Source: a bacterium
GTDB lineage: Bacteria > Bacillota > Clostridia > Oscillospirales > Oscillospiraceae
Reading direction: 5' to 3'
DNA length: 64,000 nt
Assembly: GCA_963590455.1 (NCBI GenBank)
Contig: CAVAPH010000001.1
Span: 4,777-68,776 of the forward strand
Shown here: positions 56,370-64,000 of the stretch, in pieces
Layout: each line of letters starts with the position of its first letter
Numbering within the stretch: position 1 is the stretch's first letter
Notes under the pieces: generated by a model
Databases searched by the model: none
What the model was told of the DNA's origin: nothing
Seen by the model: the letters and a program-made list of their open reading frames with translations, nothing else
Program-made: the position numbers and the translations under genes

Positions 56370-57290
56370 ATGCTGTCTGTAATTCTTCCGTCATATAACG
56401 AAGAAAAAATGATCCCCATCGCCGCAGACACGATCTCCGGCATCCTCGAGCGGGAGAACATTGATTTTGAGCTCCTTTTCATAGATGACGGCTCAAAGGA
56501 CGCAACCTGGGAAAACATCACTCAGGCGTCAAAGCTCAATCCCCACGTTGTCGGCGTACATTTCAGCCGCAACTTCGGCAAGGAGGCGGCAATGTTTGCA
56601 GGCCTTGAGAAGGCGACAGGTGACTGCTGCGTCGTCATCGACTGTGACCTTCAGCACCCGCCCGAGAAAATCGTCGAGATGTACCGCCTCTGGGAGGACG
56701 GCTATGAGGTCGTCGAGGGCATAAAGGAGGACCGCGGCGAGGAGAGCGGGCTGCACAAGTTCGCCGCCAACAGCTTCTACGGGCTCATAAGCCGCGCCAC
56801 CGGCATGGACATGTCCTCATCGTCTGACTTTAAGCTGCTTGACCGCAAGGTTGTCGACACTCTCAACAAGCTGCCGGAGCGCAACGTCTTCTTCCGCGCG
56901 CTCTCGTTCTGGGTCGGCTTCAAAAAAGCCACTGTGTACTACAGTGTGCAGGAGCGCACCGAAGGGGAGAGCAAATGGTCGACAAAGTCGCTCATAAAAT
57001 ACGCGATAACAAATATCGGCTCCTTCTCCTCCGCACCGCTGCATATGGTGACGGTTCTTGGCGTTATCATGCTGATGGTCGCTGTCGTTTTCGGCATTAT
57101 TTCGCTTGTGCAGAAGCTTACCGGGCAGGCGCTCGGCGGCTTTACGACGGTTATTCTGCTGCTGCTCTTTTCCAGCAGTATTATAATGATAAGCCTCGGC
57201 ATTGTCGGCTACTACATCGCGCGCATATATGACGAGATCAAGGGTCGCCCGCGCTACATCATATCTCAGATGGTAGGAGAGAAGAAATGA
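56370..57290 (+). CDS. GT2 polyprenyl-phosphate glycosyltransferase (GtrB/CsbB/ArnC-like)
   Basis: SVILPSYNEE, FIDDGSKD, VIDCDLQHPPE and two C-terminal TMs. Confidence 0.85.
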   Translation: MLSVILPSYNEEKMIPIAADTISGILERENIDFELLFIDDGSKDATWENITQASKLNPHVVGVHFSRNFGKEAAMFAGLEKATGDCCVVIDCDLQHPPEKIVEMYRLWEDGYEVVEGIKEDRGEESGLHKFAANSFYGLISRATGMDMSSSSDFKLLDRKVVDTLNKLPERNVFFRALSFWVGFKKATVYYSVQERTEGESKWSTKSLIKYAITNIGSFSSAPLHMVTVLGVIMLMVAVVFGIISLVQKLTGQALGGFTTVILLLLFSSSIIMISLGIVGYYIARIYDEIKGRPRYIISQMVGEKK

Positions 57291-57763
57291 AAGAGAAAAT
57301 AATCGAGCTTATAAAGAAATACAGAGAGTTTCTGGTTTATTTCATAGTCGGCTGCCTGACTACGATTGTCGCGGCGATCGCGCGCTTCGGCTTTAACTTC
57401 CTGTTCTTCGGCGGCGCGCTCAACCCGACAGCACTGCAGAACACCATACTCACAATAGTCGACTGGGTCGCCGGTGTGGCGTTTGCGTATCCCACAAACC
57501 GCAAGTGGGTTTTCCAGAGCAAGAACCCCAACATACTCGCAGAGCTCGGCGGCTTTGTCGCATCGCGCCTTGCAACGCTCGGCATGGACTGGGCAGTGAC
57601 GCAGATTCTCGGCACGCTCCTCGGCATCAACGTGTATATAACCTGGTTCATCAAGTCCGTCCTGGTGTTCCTCGGCAATTATATTTTGAGCAAGGTGTTC
57701 GTATTCAAAAAGAAATCTGCCGAGCCTGAAAAATCAGAGGACTCGCAGAAAAATGAGGCATAA
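57287..57763 (+). CDS. GtrA family membrane protein (putative lipid-linked sugar flippase)
   Basis: 158 aa, 4 TM. YPTNRKWVF motif. ATGA overlap with the GT2 gene. Confidence 0.8.
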   Translation: MKEKIIELIKKYREFLVYFIVGCLTTIVAAIARFGFNFLFFGGALNPTALQNTILTIVDWVAGVAFAYPTNRKWVFQSKNPNILAELGGFVASRLATLGMDWAVTQILGTLLGINVYITWFIKSVLVFLGNYILSKVFVFKKKSAEPEKSEDSQKNEA

Positions 57764-57787
57764 TAAAGCTTAACGGGAGAGACAAGC

Positions 57788-58012
57788 ATGGATATACATG
57801 AGAAAATAGATCTGCAGGCCTGCCCTTACTGCGGCGGCGCGGGACTTCTTGAAGAGGAAAACGGCTGGTGCTGGTACGTCATGTGCATGGACTGCGGCTC
57901 ACAGACCGCGGCGTTTGAATACAGTAACGAGCAGGAGAGCGAGGAGGCGGCCCGCACGGCTGCGCATCTCTGGAACATCGGCAAGGTCGTCCGCGGGGAC
58001 ATCGGAGAATAA
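57788..58012 (+). CDS. Lar-family zinc-ribbon protein
   Basis: 74 aa. CPYCGG..CMDCGS..AA.LWN layout, as in Lar (restriction alleviation) family small proteins. Confidence 0.55.
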   Translation: MDIHEKIDLQACPYCGGAGLLEEENGWCWYVMCMDCGSQTAAFEYSNEQESEEAARTAAHLWNIGKVVRGDIGE

Positions 58013-58030
58013 ATAATATATAAATATAAA

Positions 58031-58060
58031 ACAGGCATGACCGGAGTCACGCCTGTTTTT
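58031..58060. terminator. Bidirectional terminator between convergent genes
   Basis: ACAGGCATGAC-CGGA-GTCACGCCTGT (one mismatch), flanked by AAA on the left and TTTTT on the right. Confidence 0.75.
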
Positions 58061-58099
58061 GCATATTCGCTTAAAAATTTATATTTTTATCGGTTCAGA

Positions 58100-58288
58100 T
58101 CAGTTGTGCTTGCTTTCACATTCGGCGATGACCTTGGAAGCTGAGACGCTTGCAATATAGCCGAAGCCGAGAGCTGCGAGACCAAATACGTTGACAACAA
58201 CCCCGGAGACTGAACCCATCATGTAGCTTGAGAAGCCTGCAAGAAGGGTGCCAACGATAAGAGCGAAGACGAAAATATTGTTTTTCAT
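58100..58288 (-). CDS. Small two-TM hydrophobic protein, copy A
   Basis: 62 aa. AAGGAGGAT SD. 55/62 identical to copy B. Confidence 0.7.
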   Translation of the reverse strand: MKNNIFVFALIVGTLLAGFSSYMMGSVSGVVVNVFGLAALGFGYIASVSASKVIAECESKHN

Positions 58289-58400
58289 GACTTTATCCTC
58301 CTTGTAAAGTAATAATTTATGTTTAAGAGCCTTTATATTTTGCTCTTCGTCATTAAGTACGCGGTGCTGTGGGAAATGTTACGATAAATTTTTTAGCAGA

Positions 58401-58589
58401 TCAGTTGCGGCTGCCTTCGCATGCGGCGATGACCTTGGAAGCTGAGACGCTTGCAATGTAGCCGAAGCCGAGAGCTGCGAGACCGAATACGTTGACAACA
58501 ACTCCGGAGACTGTACCCATCATGTAGCTTGAGAAGCCTGCAAGAAGGGTACCAACGATGAGTGCGAATACGAAAAAGTTGGTTTTCAT
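58401..58589 (-). CDS. Small two-TM hydrophobic protein, copy B
   Basis: 62 aa. AAGGAGGAT SD. Tandem paralog of copy A. Confidence 0.7.
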   Translation of the reverse strand: MKTNFFVFALIVGTLLAGFSSYMMGTVSGVVVNVFGLAALGFGYIASVSASKVIAACEGSRN

Positions 58590-58694
58590 GGGTATATCCT
58601 CCTTGTAAAATAAAGATTTTTTTCTAAGAGCCTTTGTGTTTTGCTCTTTGACCTTAAGTACGCAGGGCAGATGGAAATGTTACAGGGGGGGAGA

Positions 58695-58723
58695 AATATA
58701 TAAATAAATTTTGCTCTTGATAA
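58695..58723 (-). promoter_or_regulatory. Candidate promoter of small-protein copy B
   Basis: On the minus strand: TTATCA (58723-58718), 17 nt, TATATT (58700-58695). This predicts a leader of about 100 nt. Confidence 0.35.
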
Positions 58724-58841
58724 GTGGAAAAAAATAAAATTATATGTTATACTGACCCGAAAGCTTAATTTATTTTATAATGATGTTGATATATAAACTC
58801 TGCACTGCCGTATTGAAACACGGTGCACTTCAGGAGGAAAT

Positions 58842-60425
58842 ATGCTGCCTTTGGAAAATATTACGGTCGGAGAGCTTATTCGCCGCAACTGTGTAAAATA
58901 TCGCCGCCGCCCCGCAATCTGGTACAACGGAGAGACCATAAGCTATGCAGAGCTTGAGGGTATGATCGTGGATTCCGCCGGCCGTCTGCTGAAAATGGGC
59001 ATAAGGCACGGCGATCATGTCGCATTTCTCACCGATCCGGATCCGGATGCAGTTGCGATGATGTACGCTATCCAGTTCATAGGCGCCGTGGCTGTCATGC
59101 TCAACACAAGCCTCAGCGGGGATGAGCTGCGCGTGCTTATTGATAAAACAGACGTCCGCTGCCTCATTCTCGGCCACTCATACAAGGGTGACGGATATTT
59201 CGCAAAGCTCCTGCCGTCCGACTCCATGCCGGCCTGCGTTAAAAAGACCGTCACGCTGCATAATACAGACACCGAATATCCGTGGATTGAGAGCCTCGCA
59301 AAGCCAAACTGCGAGGAGGTCTTTGCCGCCGCCGACATAGTTTCGCCGGAAGATACCTCGATGATACTTTTCACCTCCGGCAGTACAGCCGTGCCGAAGG
59401 GCGTCTGCTCCAGCCATTTTTCACGCGTGAACGGCGGAATACAGCAGGCAAGCGACATTGGGGCCAATAAGAACGACAAGTTCTGCGTGACAGTGCCCAT
59501 CTATCACTGCTTCAGCATTCAGGTCAATCTCATCGCCGCGCTTGCCGTGGGCGGCTGCGTATGTATTCCGCAGGACAGACATATTGCCAGCATAGTCAAA
59601 ACGATAGATGATGCGGGCTGCACCATACTCAGCTCTGTTCCTACTCTCTATCATGCCATTATTGCAAAGCCTGACTTCTCACAGTCGCGCCTCAAAACCC
59701 TGCGCACCGGCATAATAGGCGGCTCACTCTGCGCAGGCGAGAGATTCAAACGCATAGAGAGAGCCTTCGGCCCGCAGTTCACCCTCATGTCTAGCCTTGG
59801 GCAGACCGAGTGCACAGCAGGCCTCACCGTGTGCAATCAGAGGGACTCTCTCGAAACGCGCAGTGCAACCGTCGGCCATTTCATGAATTACGTTGAGGGC
59901 AAGATTGCGGACCACGAGACGGGTAAGACGCTTCCCGTTGGCGAGACCGGCGAGATATGCGTGCGCGGCTATCTCACAATGCAGCGCTATTACGGCGACG
60001 AGGAGGAGACCGCAAAGACCCTCGATGCTGACGGCTGGGTACACACGGGCGACCTCGGCGTGCTTGACGACAAGGGATATATTACGCTGCGCGGCCGCTG
60101 CCGTGAGCTCATAATCCGCGGCGGTGAGAATATAAGCCCCGTAGAGATAGAGCATGAGATAGAGCAGGATAAGTCCGTGGCGGAGTGCAAGGTCGTCGGT
60201 GTCCCGGATGATCACTTCGGTGAGGAGATCTGTGCATGCATCCGTCCTGCAGACGGCGCGTCACCGGACGCCGGAGAGATAAAAGCGCGCGTCAGGGCAG
60301 CCCTTGCATATTATAAGGTCCCGCGCTATGTGCTCTTCTTTGACACCCTGCCGAAAACCTCAAAAGGTGCCCTCAGCGGCCCCGAGTGCAGAAAGCTTGC
60401 GATTAAAGAGCTCGGACTTGAGTGA
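58842..60425 (+). CDS. AMP-dependent synthetase/ligase (acyl-CoA synthetase family)
   Basis: AMP-binding motif FTSGSTAVPKGV, GWVHTGDLG, and RGGENISPVEIE. Confidence 0.85.
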   Translation: MLPLENITVGELIRRNCVKYRRRPAIWYNGETISYAELEGMIVDSAGRLLKMGIRHGDHVAFLTDPDPDAVAMMYAIQFIGAVAVMLNTSLSGDELRVLIDKTDVRCLILGHSYKGDGYFAKLLPSDSMPACVKKTVTLHNTDTEYPWIESLAKPNCEEVFAAADIVSPEDTSMILFTSGSTAVPKGVCSSHFSRVNGGIQQASDIGANKNDKFCVTVPIYHCFSIQVNLIAALAVGGCVCIPQDRHIASIVKTIDDAGCTILSSVPTLYHAIIAKPDFSQSRLKTLRTGIIGGSLCAGERFKRIERAFGPQFTLMSSLGQTECTAGLTVCNQRDSLETRSATVGHFMNYVEGKIADHETGKTLPVGETGEICVRGYLTMQRYYGDEEETAKTLDADGWVHTGDLGVLDDKGYITLRGRCRELIIRGGENISPVEIEHEIEQDKSVAECKVVGVPDDHFGEEICACIRPADGASPDAGEIKARVRAALAYYKVPRYVLFFDTLPKTSKGALSGPECRKLAIKELGLE

Positions 60426-60472
60426 ATTATTAAATGCCGGGAGAATAAAAATAAAATTCAACATGAATAAAT

Positions 60473-60516
60473 AACCACTTTTTGAAGCAAAACTATAGCT
60501 TCAAAGAGTGGTTTTT
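60473..60516 (+). terminator. Rho-independent terminator
   Basis: Long stem AACCACTTTTTGAAGC / GCTTCAAAGAGTGGTT (one mismatch) followed by TTTT. Confidence 0.85.
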
Positions 60517-60605
60517 GCAGTATTTTGATCAAAAAAGGCCAAATACGTAAAAGCGACGTAAAATCCGCGAAATGAGTTTGTAACAAATTATTCATATCAA
60601 TGTGA

Positions 60606-60634
60606 TTGACATGTTTTGTGAATTGTGCTATATT
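60606..60634 (+). promoter_or_regulatory. Sigma-70-type promoter of the CUT2 sugar ABC operon
   Basis: TTGACA (60606-60611), 17 nt, TATATT (60629-60634). Confidence 0.65.
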
Positions 60635-60811
60635 CCACATTGTTGAGGAAAGTGTACAAACGCAGCGGCTCAAACGCTCAAAATCCGGCGTTGCTTGGGT
60701 AATTGTGCACGAAGACCGGCCGCCTCATATAAAATACAGCCGGCAAAACTAATTTTGATTCATAGGCCTAAGGCGCCTTTGAATAGATCTAAAATTTTTA
60801 ATGGAGGAAAA

Positions 60812-61852
60812 ATGATGAAAAAGTTTCTCGCACTGATGCTCGCACTGTGCATGGTTTTCGCACTTTGCGCATGCGGCTCCAGCTCCAGCAGCACCGAAAC
60901 TGCTACTGCTACTGAAGCACCTGCAGCAGAAGCAGCTACTGATGATGCAGCTGAAGCTACTGCAGAAGAGTCCACTGACGGTCCCGTAATCAAGGTCGGT
61001 ATTGCCGCTCCTGAAGTCACCCACGGCTGGGTTGCAGGTGTTGCATACTATGCAGAGAAGTACTGCATAGACAACAATCTTGAGTACAAGGTCACCACTT
61101 CCGCTGACGCAGCAGGCATGCAGACCGGTCTGCAGGACCTCGTCGAGTGGGGCGCAACTCTTATCGTTTCTTACCCGCAGTGGTCCGGCATGGAGACCGC
61201 TATCCAGGAAGTTATCGACTCCGGTATTCCTGTTGTCAACTTTGACGTTGATGTTGACTGCGAAGGCGTTTACAAAGTAACCGGCGACAACTACGACATG
61301 GGCTACCAGTCCGCAAAGTACATCGTTGACAAAGTCGGCGACGGTGCTGTTATCGCAGTTCTCGACGTTCCTTCTTCCGGCTCCGTCTGCGAGCTCCGCA
61401 AGGAAGGCTTCTATGCTTACCTCGAAGAGATCGGCTACGATCAGTCCAACATCTTTGAGTCTCAGGAAGACGCATTCACCCGTGACGACGGCCTGAAGGA
61501 TATGGCAGACCTCCTCGAGAAGTATGACCACATCGACGCTGTCTTCTCCATGGACGATGAGACCTCCATGGGCGCTATCCAGGCTATCACCGAGGCCGGC
61601 CGTACCGACATTAAGGCTATCACCGGCGGCGGCGGATGCCAGGAGTACTTCAACATGATCGCTGATGAGCAGTATGCAGACCTCGGCCTTGCTTCCGCTC
61701 TCTACAGCCCGATGATGATCCAGGATGCTATCAAGAACGGCATCGCACTCCTCAACGGTGAGGAAGTCGAGCAGACCACCATTATCCCCACCACCATCGT
61801 TTCTGCTGAGAACGTTGCAGATTACCTCGATCCGGACAACGACGTTTACTAA
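60812..61852 (+). CDS. Sugar ABC transporter substrate-binding lipoprotein (CUT2, periplasmic-binding-protein type I fold)
   Basis: Start moved to ATG 60812 (GGAGG upstream). Lipobox FALCACGSS, then an Ala/Glu/Thr-rich linker and a ribose/galactose-binding-protein-like domain. Confidence 0.8.
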   Translation: MMKKFLALMLALCMVFALCACGSSSSSTETATATEAPAAEAATDDAAEATAEESTDGPVIKVGIAAPEVTHGWVAGVAYYAEKYCIDNNLEYKVTTSADAAGMQTGLQDLVEWGATLIVSYPQWSGMETAIQEVIDSGIPVVNFDVDVDCEGVYKVTGDNYDMGYQSAKYIVDKVGDGAVIAVLDVPSSGSVCELRKEGFYAYLEEIGYDQSNIFESQEDAFTRDDGLKDMADLLEKYDHIDAVFSMDDETSMGAIQAITEAGRTDIKAITGGGGCQEYFNMIADEQYADLGLASALYSPMMIQDAIKNGIALLNGEEVEQTTIIPTTIVSAENVADYLDPDNDVY

Positions 61853-61879
61853 TTAAGAAACTTAAGCTCATACAATCAG

Positions 61880-61909
61880 GGGCTATGGCTTTATAGCCAT
61901 AGCCCTTTT
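61880..61909 (+). terminator. Intra-operon hairpin / partial terminator between the SBP and ATPase genes
   Basis: 11-bp perfect stem GGGCTATGGCT / AGCCATAGCCC with a 4-nt loop, followed by TTTT. Confidence 0.7.
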
Positions 61910-62055
61910 AATTTACGGCCTTCCGCATAGAAGCGTCGACAAGCCTGATTTAATTATTATTTTTGTCGACGGTTCTATGCAGAATATGCTATAATAAATT
62001 ATCACTGCTTAACGCGGTTAAAAACGGAATTGGATGTGATCGCTTGAACCTCTCC

Positions 62056-63549
62056 ATGCAGCATATCTACAAGTCCTTCGGCGCGAACAACGTTCTGGAC
62101 GATGTAGATCTCAACCTTGCCGGCGGCGAAATTCTTGCTCTTCTGGGCGAAAACGGCGCCGGTAAATCCACGCTGATGAATATCCTCGGCGGTGTTCTTC
62201 AGGCAGACAGCGGCGAAATCGTAATCGACGGGGAAGGCCGCAGCTTTGCCTCGCCTGTTGAGTCGCTTGATGCCGGCATCGGCTTTATTCATCAGGAGCT
62301 CAACCTCATAAATGACCTGAGTATTTATGAGAACATGTTTATAACCCATCTGCCGAAGAAGGGACTTTTCCTTGACGCAAAGCAGATGCAGGCCAAGACT
62401 GCGGAGCTTTTTGAGAAGATGAACCTCAATATAGATCCGCGTACCATGGTAAGAGAGCTTGACGCATCTTATAAGCAGATAGTTGAAATCTGCCGCGCAC
62501 TGATGCAGGACGCTTCCGTTATCATCATGGACGAGCCGACCACATCACTGACCGAGCCTGAGATACAGCGCGTCTTCGCAATGATGCGCATGCTGCGCGA
62601 GCACGGCGTCAGCATAATATTTATCTCACATAAGCTCAACGAGGTTATGGAGATCTGTGACAGATACATGGTTCTGCGTGACGGTAAAAAAGTCGCGGAG
62701 GGCGCTGTTAAAGACACCGACACCAAGAAGCTTGCCGCCTACATGGTCGGTCACGAGGTCAGCACCGACGTGCTGCAGCGTGAGATTAAGCTCGGTGATG
62801 AGGTGCTCAGACTGGAGAATCTGTCCGACGGGAAGTACTTCCATGACATCTCCCTCTCGGTTCGTGCGGGCGAGGTCCTCGGCGTAACCGGCCTTCTCGG
62901 CGACGGGCGCAGCGAGCTGTTCCAGACCGTTTTCGGCGCGATGGAGAGCGGGTACACCGGAAAGATCTTCCTCTGCGGCGAGGAGCAGCACATCAACAGG
63001 ACGTATCAGGCACTCGAGGCCGGGATTGCATATCTCCCCAGAAACCGCAAGGAGAACGCAATATTAAAAGACATGACCATCATCGACAACGGCTCCATCG
63101 TAGAGCTGCCGAAGATGAAAAAGCACAAGCTCTTTATAGATTTTGACAAGCAGGACAAGCTCTTCACCAAGCAGGAAGAGGAGCTGAGAATAAAGATGGG
63201 CGCAAAGACGGATCTCATCACAAGCCTCTCCGGCGGCAACCAGCAGAAGGTTGTCCTGGCAAAGTGGCTGATGAGCGAGCCGAAGCTGCTCATCCTCGAT
63301 AACCCCACACAGGGCGTTGATGTCGGCGCAAAAGAGGAAATCTACACGATAATTCACCGCCTTGCAGGTGAGGGCGTCGCTGTAATAGTCCTCTCGTCCG
63401 AGGCACAGGAGATAATCCGTGTCTGCGACAGAAGCATTGTCATGTTCCACGGCCGTCAGACCGGCGAGGTCAGCGGCGATGAGATGAACGAGCATAATAT
63501 CATGTATCTTGCCACCGGCGGCAATCAGAACGAAGGAGAGAATGACTGA
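62056..63549 (+). CDS. Sugar ABC transporter ATP-binding protein (two fused ABC cassettes, RbsA/MglA-like)
   Basis: Walker A GENGAGKSTL in cassette 1 and signature LSGGNQQKVVLAKWL in cassette 2. The start is uncertain: ATG 62056, or TTG 62044, which would give LNLSMQHIYKSF. Confidence 0.85.
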   Translation: MQHIYKSFGANNVLDDVDLNLAGGEILALLGENGAGKSTLMNILGGVLQADSGEIVIDGEGRSFASPVESLDAGIGFIHQELNLINDLSIYENMFITHLPKKGLFLDAKQMQAKTAELFEKMNLNIDPRTMVRELDASYKQIVEICRALMQDASVIIMDEPTTSLTEPEIQRVFAMMRMLREHGVSIIFISHKLNEVMEICDRYMVLRDGKKVAEGAVKDTDTKKLAAYMVGHEVSTDVLQREIKLGDEVLRLENLSDGKYFHDISLSVRAGEVLGVTGLLGDGRSELFQTVFGAMESGYTGKIFLCGEEQHINRTYQALEAGIAYLPRNRKENAILKDMTIIDNGSIVELPKMKKHKLFIDFDKQDKLFTKQEEELRIKMGAKTDLITSLSGGNQQKVVLAKWLMSEPKLLILDNPTQGVDVGAKEEIYTIIHRLAGEGVAVIVLSSEAQEIIRVCDRSIVMFHGRQTGEVSGDEMNEHNIMYLATGGNQNEGEND

Positions 63550-64000
63550 AATGGAAGCAAAGAAACTTGAAAACAAAAACGGATTCATAGCAAAGCTTAA
63601 AGATGCCTGGTCGAAAAACAGCATGGTCTCCACGCTCTTTGCCCTTCTGGTAATGGTAATTATCCAGTGCATAGTTCTGGGCATAAATGTCGGCTCCTTC
63701 AGCGGCATGTTCGGCAAGGTCGGTATGGCATGGCTCAACATTCTCAGAAATAATACCTATGCAGGCATCATCGCACTCGGCATGTGCTTTATCATTATAT
63801 CCGGCGGCATTGATCTCTCCGTCGGCTCCATGCTCTGTGCACTCGGCGCAATCCTCATGTACCTCATTGAGCCGACCAAGGGTCTGCTTGCCGGTATGGG
63901 TATCACCGGCGGCACGGCATATGCCATTGCAATAGTCGTTGTAATCGCTGCAGGCTACGTGCTCGGCTCCCTCAACGGTGTGCTCATTGCACGCGGAAAG
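63542..64000 (+). CDS. Sugar ABC transporter permease (RbsC-like), N-terminal 153 codons; continues beyond the window
   Basis: Not in the track because it is open at the edge. My translation from ATG 63542 reads MTEMEAKKLENKNGFIAKLKDAWSKNSMVSTLFALLVMVIIQ..GIIALGMCFIIISGGIDLSVGS.., the typical BPD_transp_2 N-terminus. Overlaps the ATPase stop by 8 nt. Confidence 0.8.
   Translation, partial: MTEMEAKKLENKNGFIAKLKDAWSKNSMVSTLFALLVMVIIQCIVLGINVGSFSGMFGKVGMAWLNILRNNTYAGIIALGMCFIIISGGIDLSVGSMLCALGAILMYLIEPTKGLLAGMGITGGTAYAIAIVVVIAAGYVLGSLNGVLIARGK

Larger units (their letters stand above)
58096..58685 (-). repeat. Tandem duplication, period 301 bp (gene plus ~95-nt leader, two copies)
   Basis: 58096-58384 aligns with 58397-58685. 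By my count there are about 10% mismatches in the coding part and about 24% in the leader, with conserved islands in the leader. Confidence 0.85.

Noticed and set aside
57788-58700. Lar-like gene plus small hydrophobic proteins as evidence of a prophage or lysis cassette.
   Set aside because: No phage structural, integrase, endolysin or repressor genes are nearby. The Lar-like gene is embedded in the glycosylation operon, and the small genes are on the opposite strand behind a terminator.
60598-60642. 7-bp inverted repeat CAATGTG...CACATTG flanking the CUT2 operon promoter.
   Set aside because: 7-bp inverted repeats at this spacing are expected many times by chance in the window. It is kept only as a weak operator possibility and is not reported as a feature.
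1-64000. CRISPR arrays, tRNA/rRNA genes, IS elements, integrases, and restriction-modification or other recognisable defence systems.
   Set aside because: Reading the intergenic regions and all track ORFs by eye revealed none. The intergenic spaces are short and are accounted for by promoters, terminators and leaders. A tRNAscan, Infernal or defence-HMM run would be needed to exclude small or divergent elements.

Overview
This is a chromosomal window from a Gram-positive anaerobe, probably Clostridia-like. Supporting signs are an Rnf complex, an ECF transporter module, lipobox lipoproteins and GGAGG ribosome-binding sites. My 60-nt spot counts gave about 65% GC in rnfB. There are about 57 densely packed protein-coding genes, mostly housekeeping:
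- partial phosphoketolase;
- an ECF S component coupled to coaX;
- glyQS, nadE and rsmI;
- cysK-mnmA-Rrf2;
- a complete rnfCDGEAB operon;
- ecfA1-ecfA2-ecfT-truA;
- a ClpC-type unfoldase/macro/rhomboid operon;
- a CUT1-type sugar uptake cluster followed by a membrane-fusion protein and a half-MacB protein;
- an envelope-lipid block (PAP2, diacylglycerol glycosyltransferase, CrtO-like acyltransferase, cardiolipin synthase, GT-C/GT2/GtrA);
- an acyl-CoA ligase;
- a CUT2 sugar ABC transporter that runs off the right edge.

I recognised no rRNA, tRNA, CRISPR array, transposase or integrase by eye.

Best candidate for something new: a lower-GC 2.6-kb islet at the rnf terminator, bracketed by perfect 19-bp direct repeats. 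It carries a TetR regulator, a CrtC/AttH-like hydratase and a 7-TM protein whose acidic motifs resemble Pyr4/PaxB-type membrane terpene cyclases.

Other points worth a second look:
- an MFP plus half-MacB pair with no ATPase or FtsX domain;
- a tandem pair of 62-aa two-TM proteins with a conserved leader;
- a ClpC whose N-domain is replaced by a McsA-like zinc ribbon;
- a CrtO-like acyltransferase operon;
- a homopolymer frameshift in a giant binding lipoprotein paralog.

All family assignments were made by eye from motifs and memory; no database search was run. The ORF track uses GTG/TTG starts written as M, so several track starts were moved to internal ATGs that have a Shine-Dalgarno sequence.
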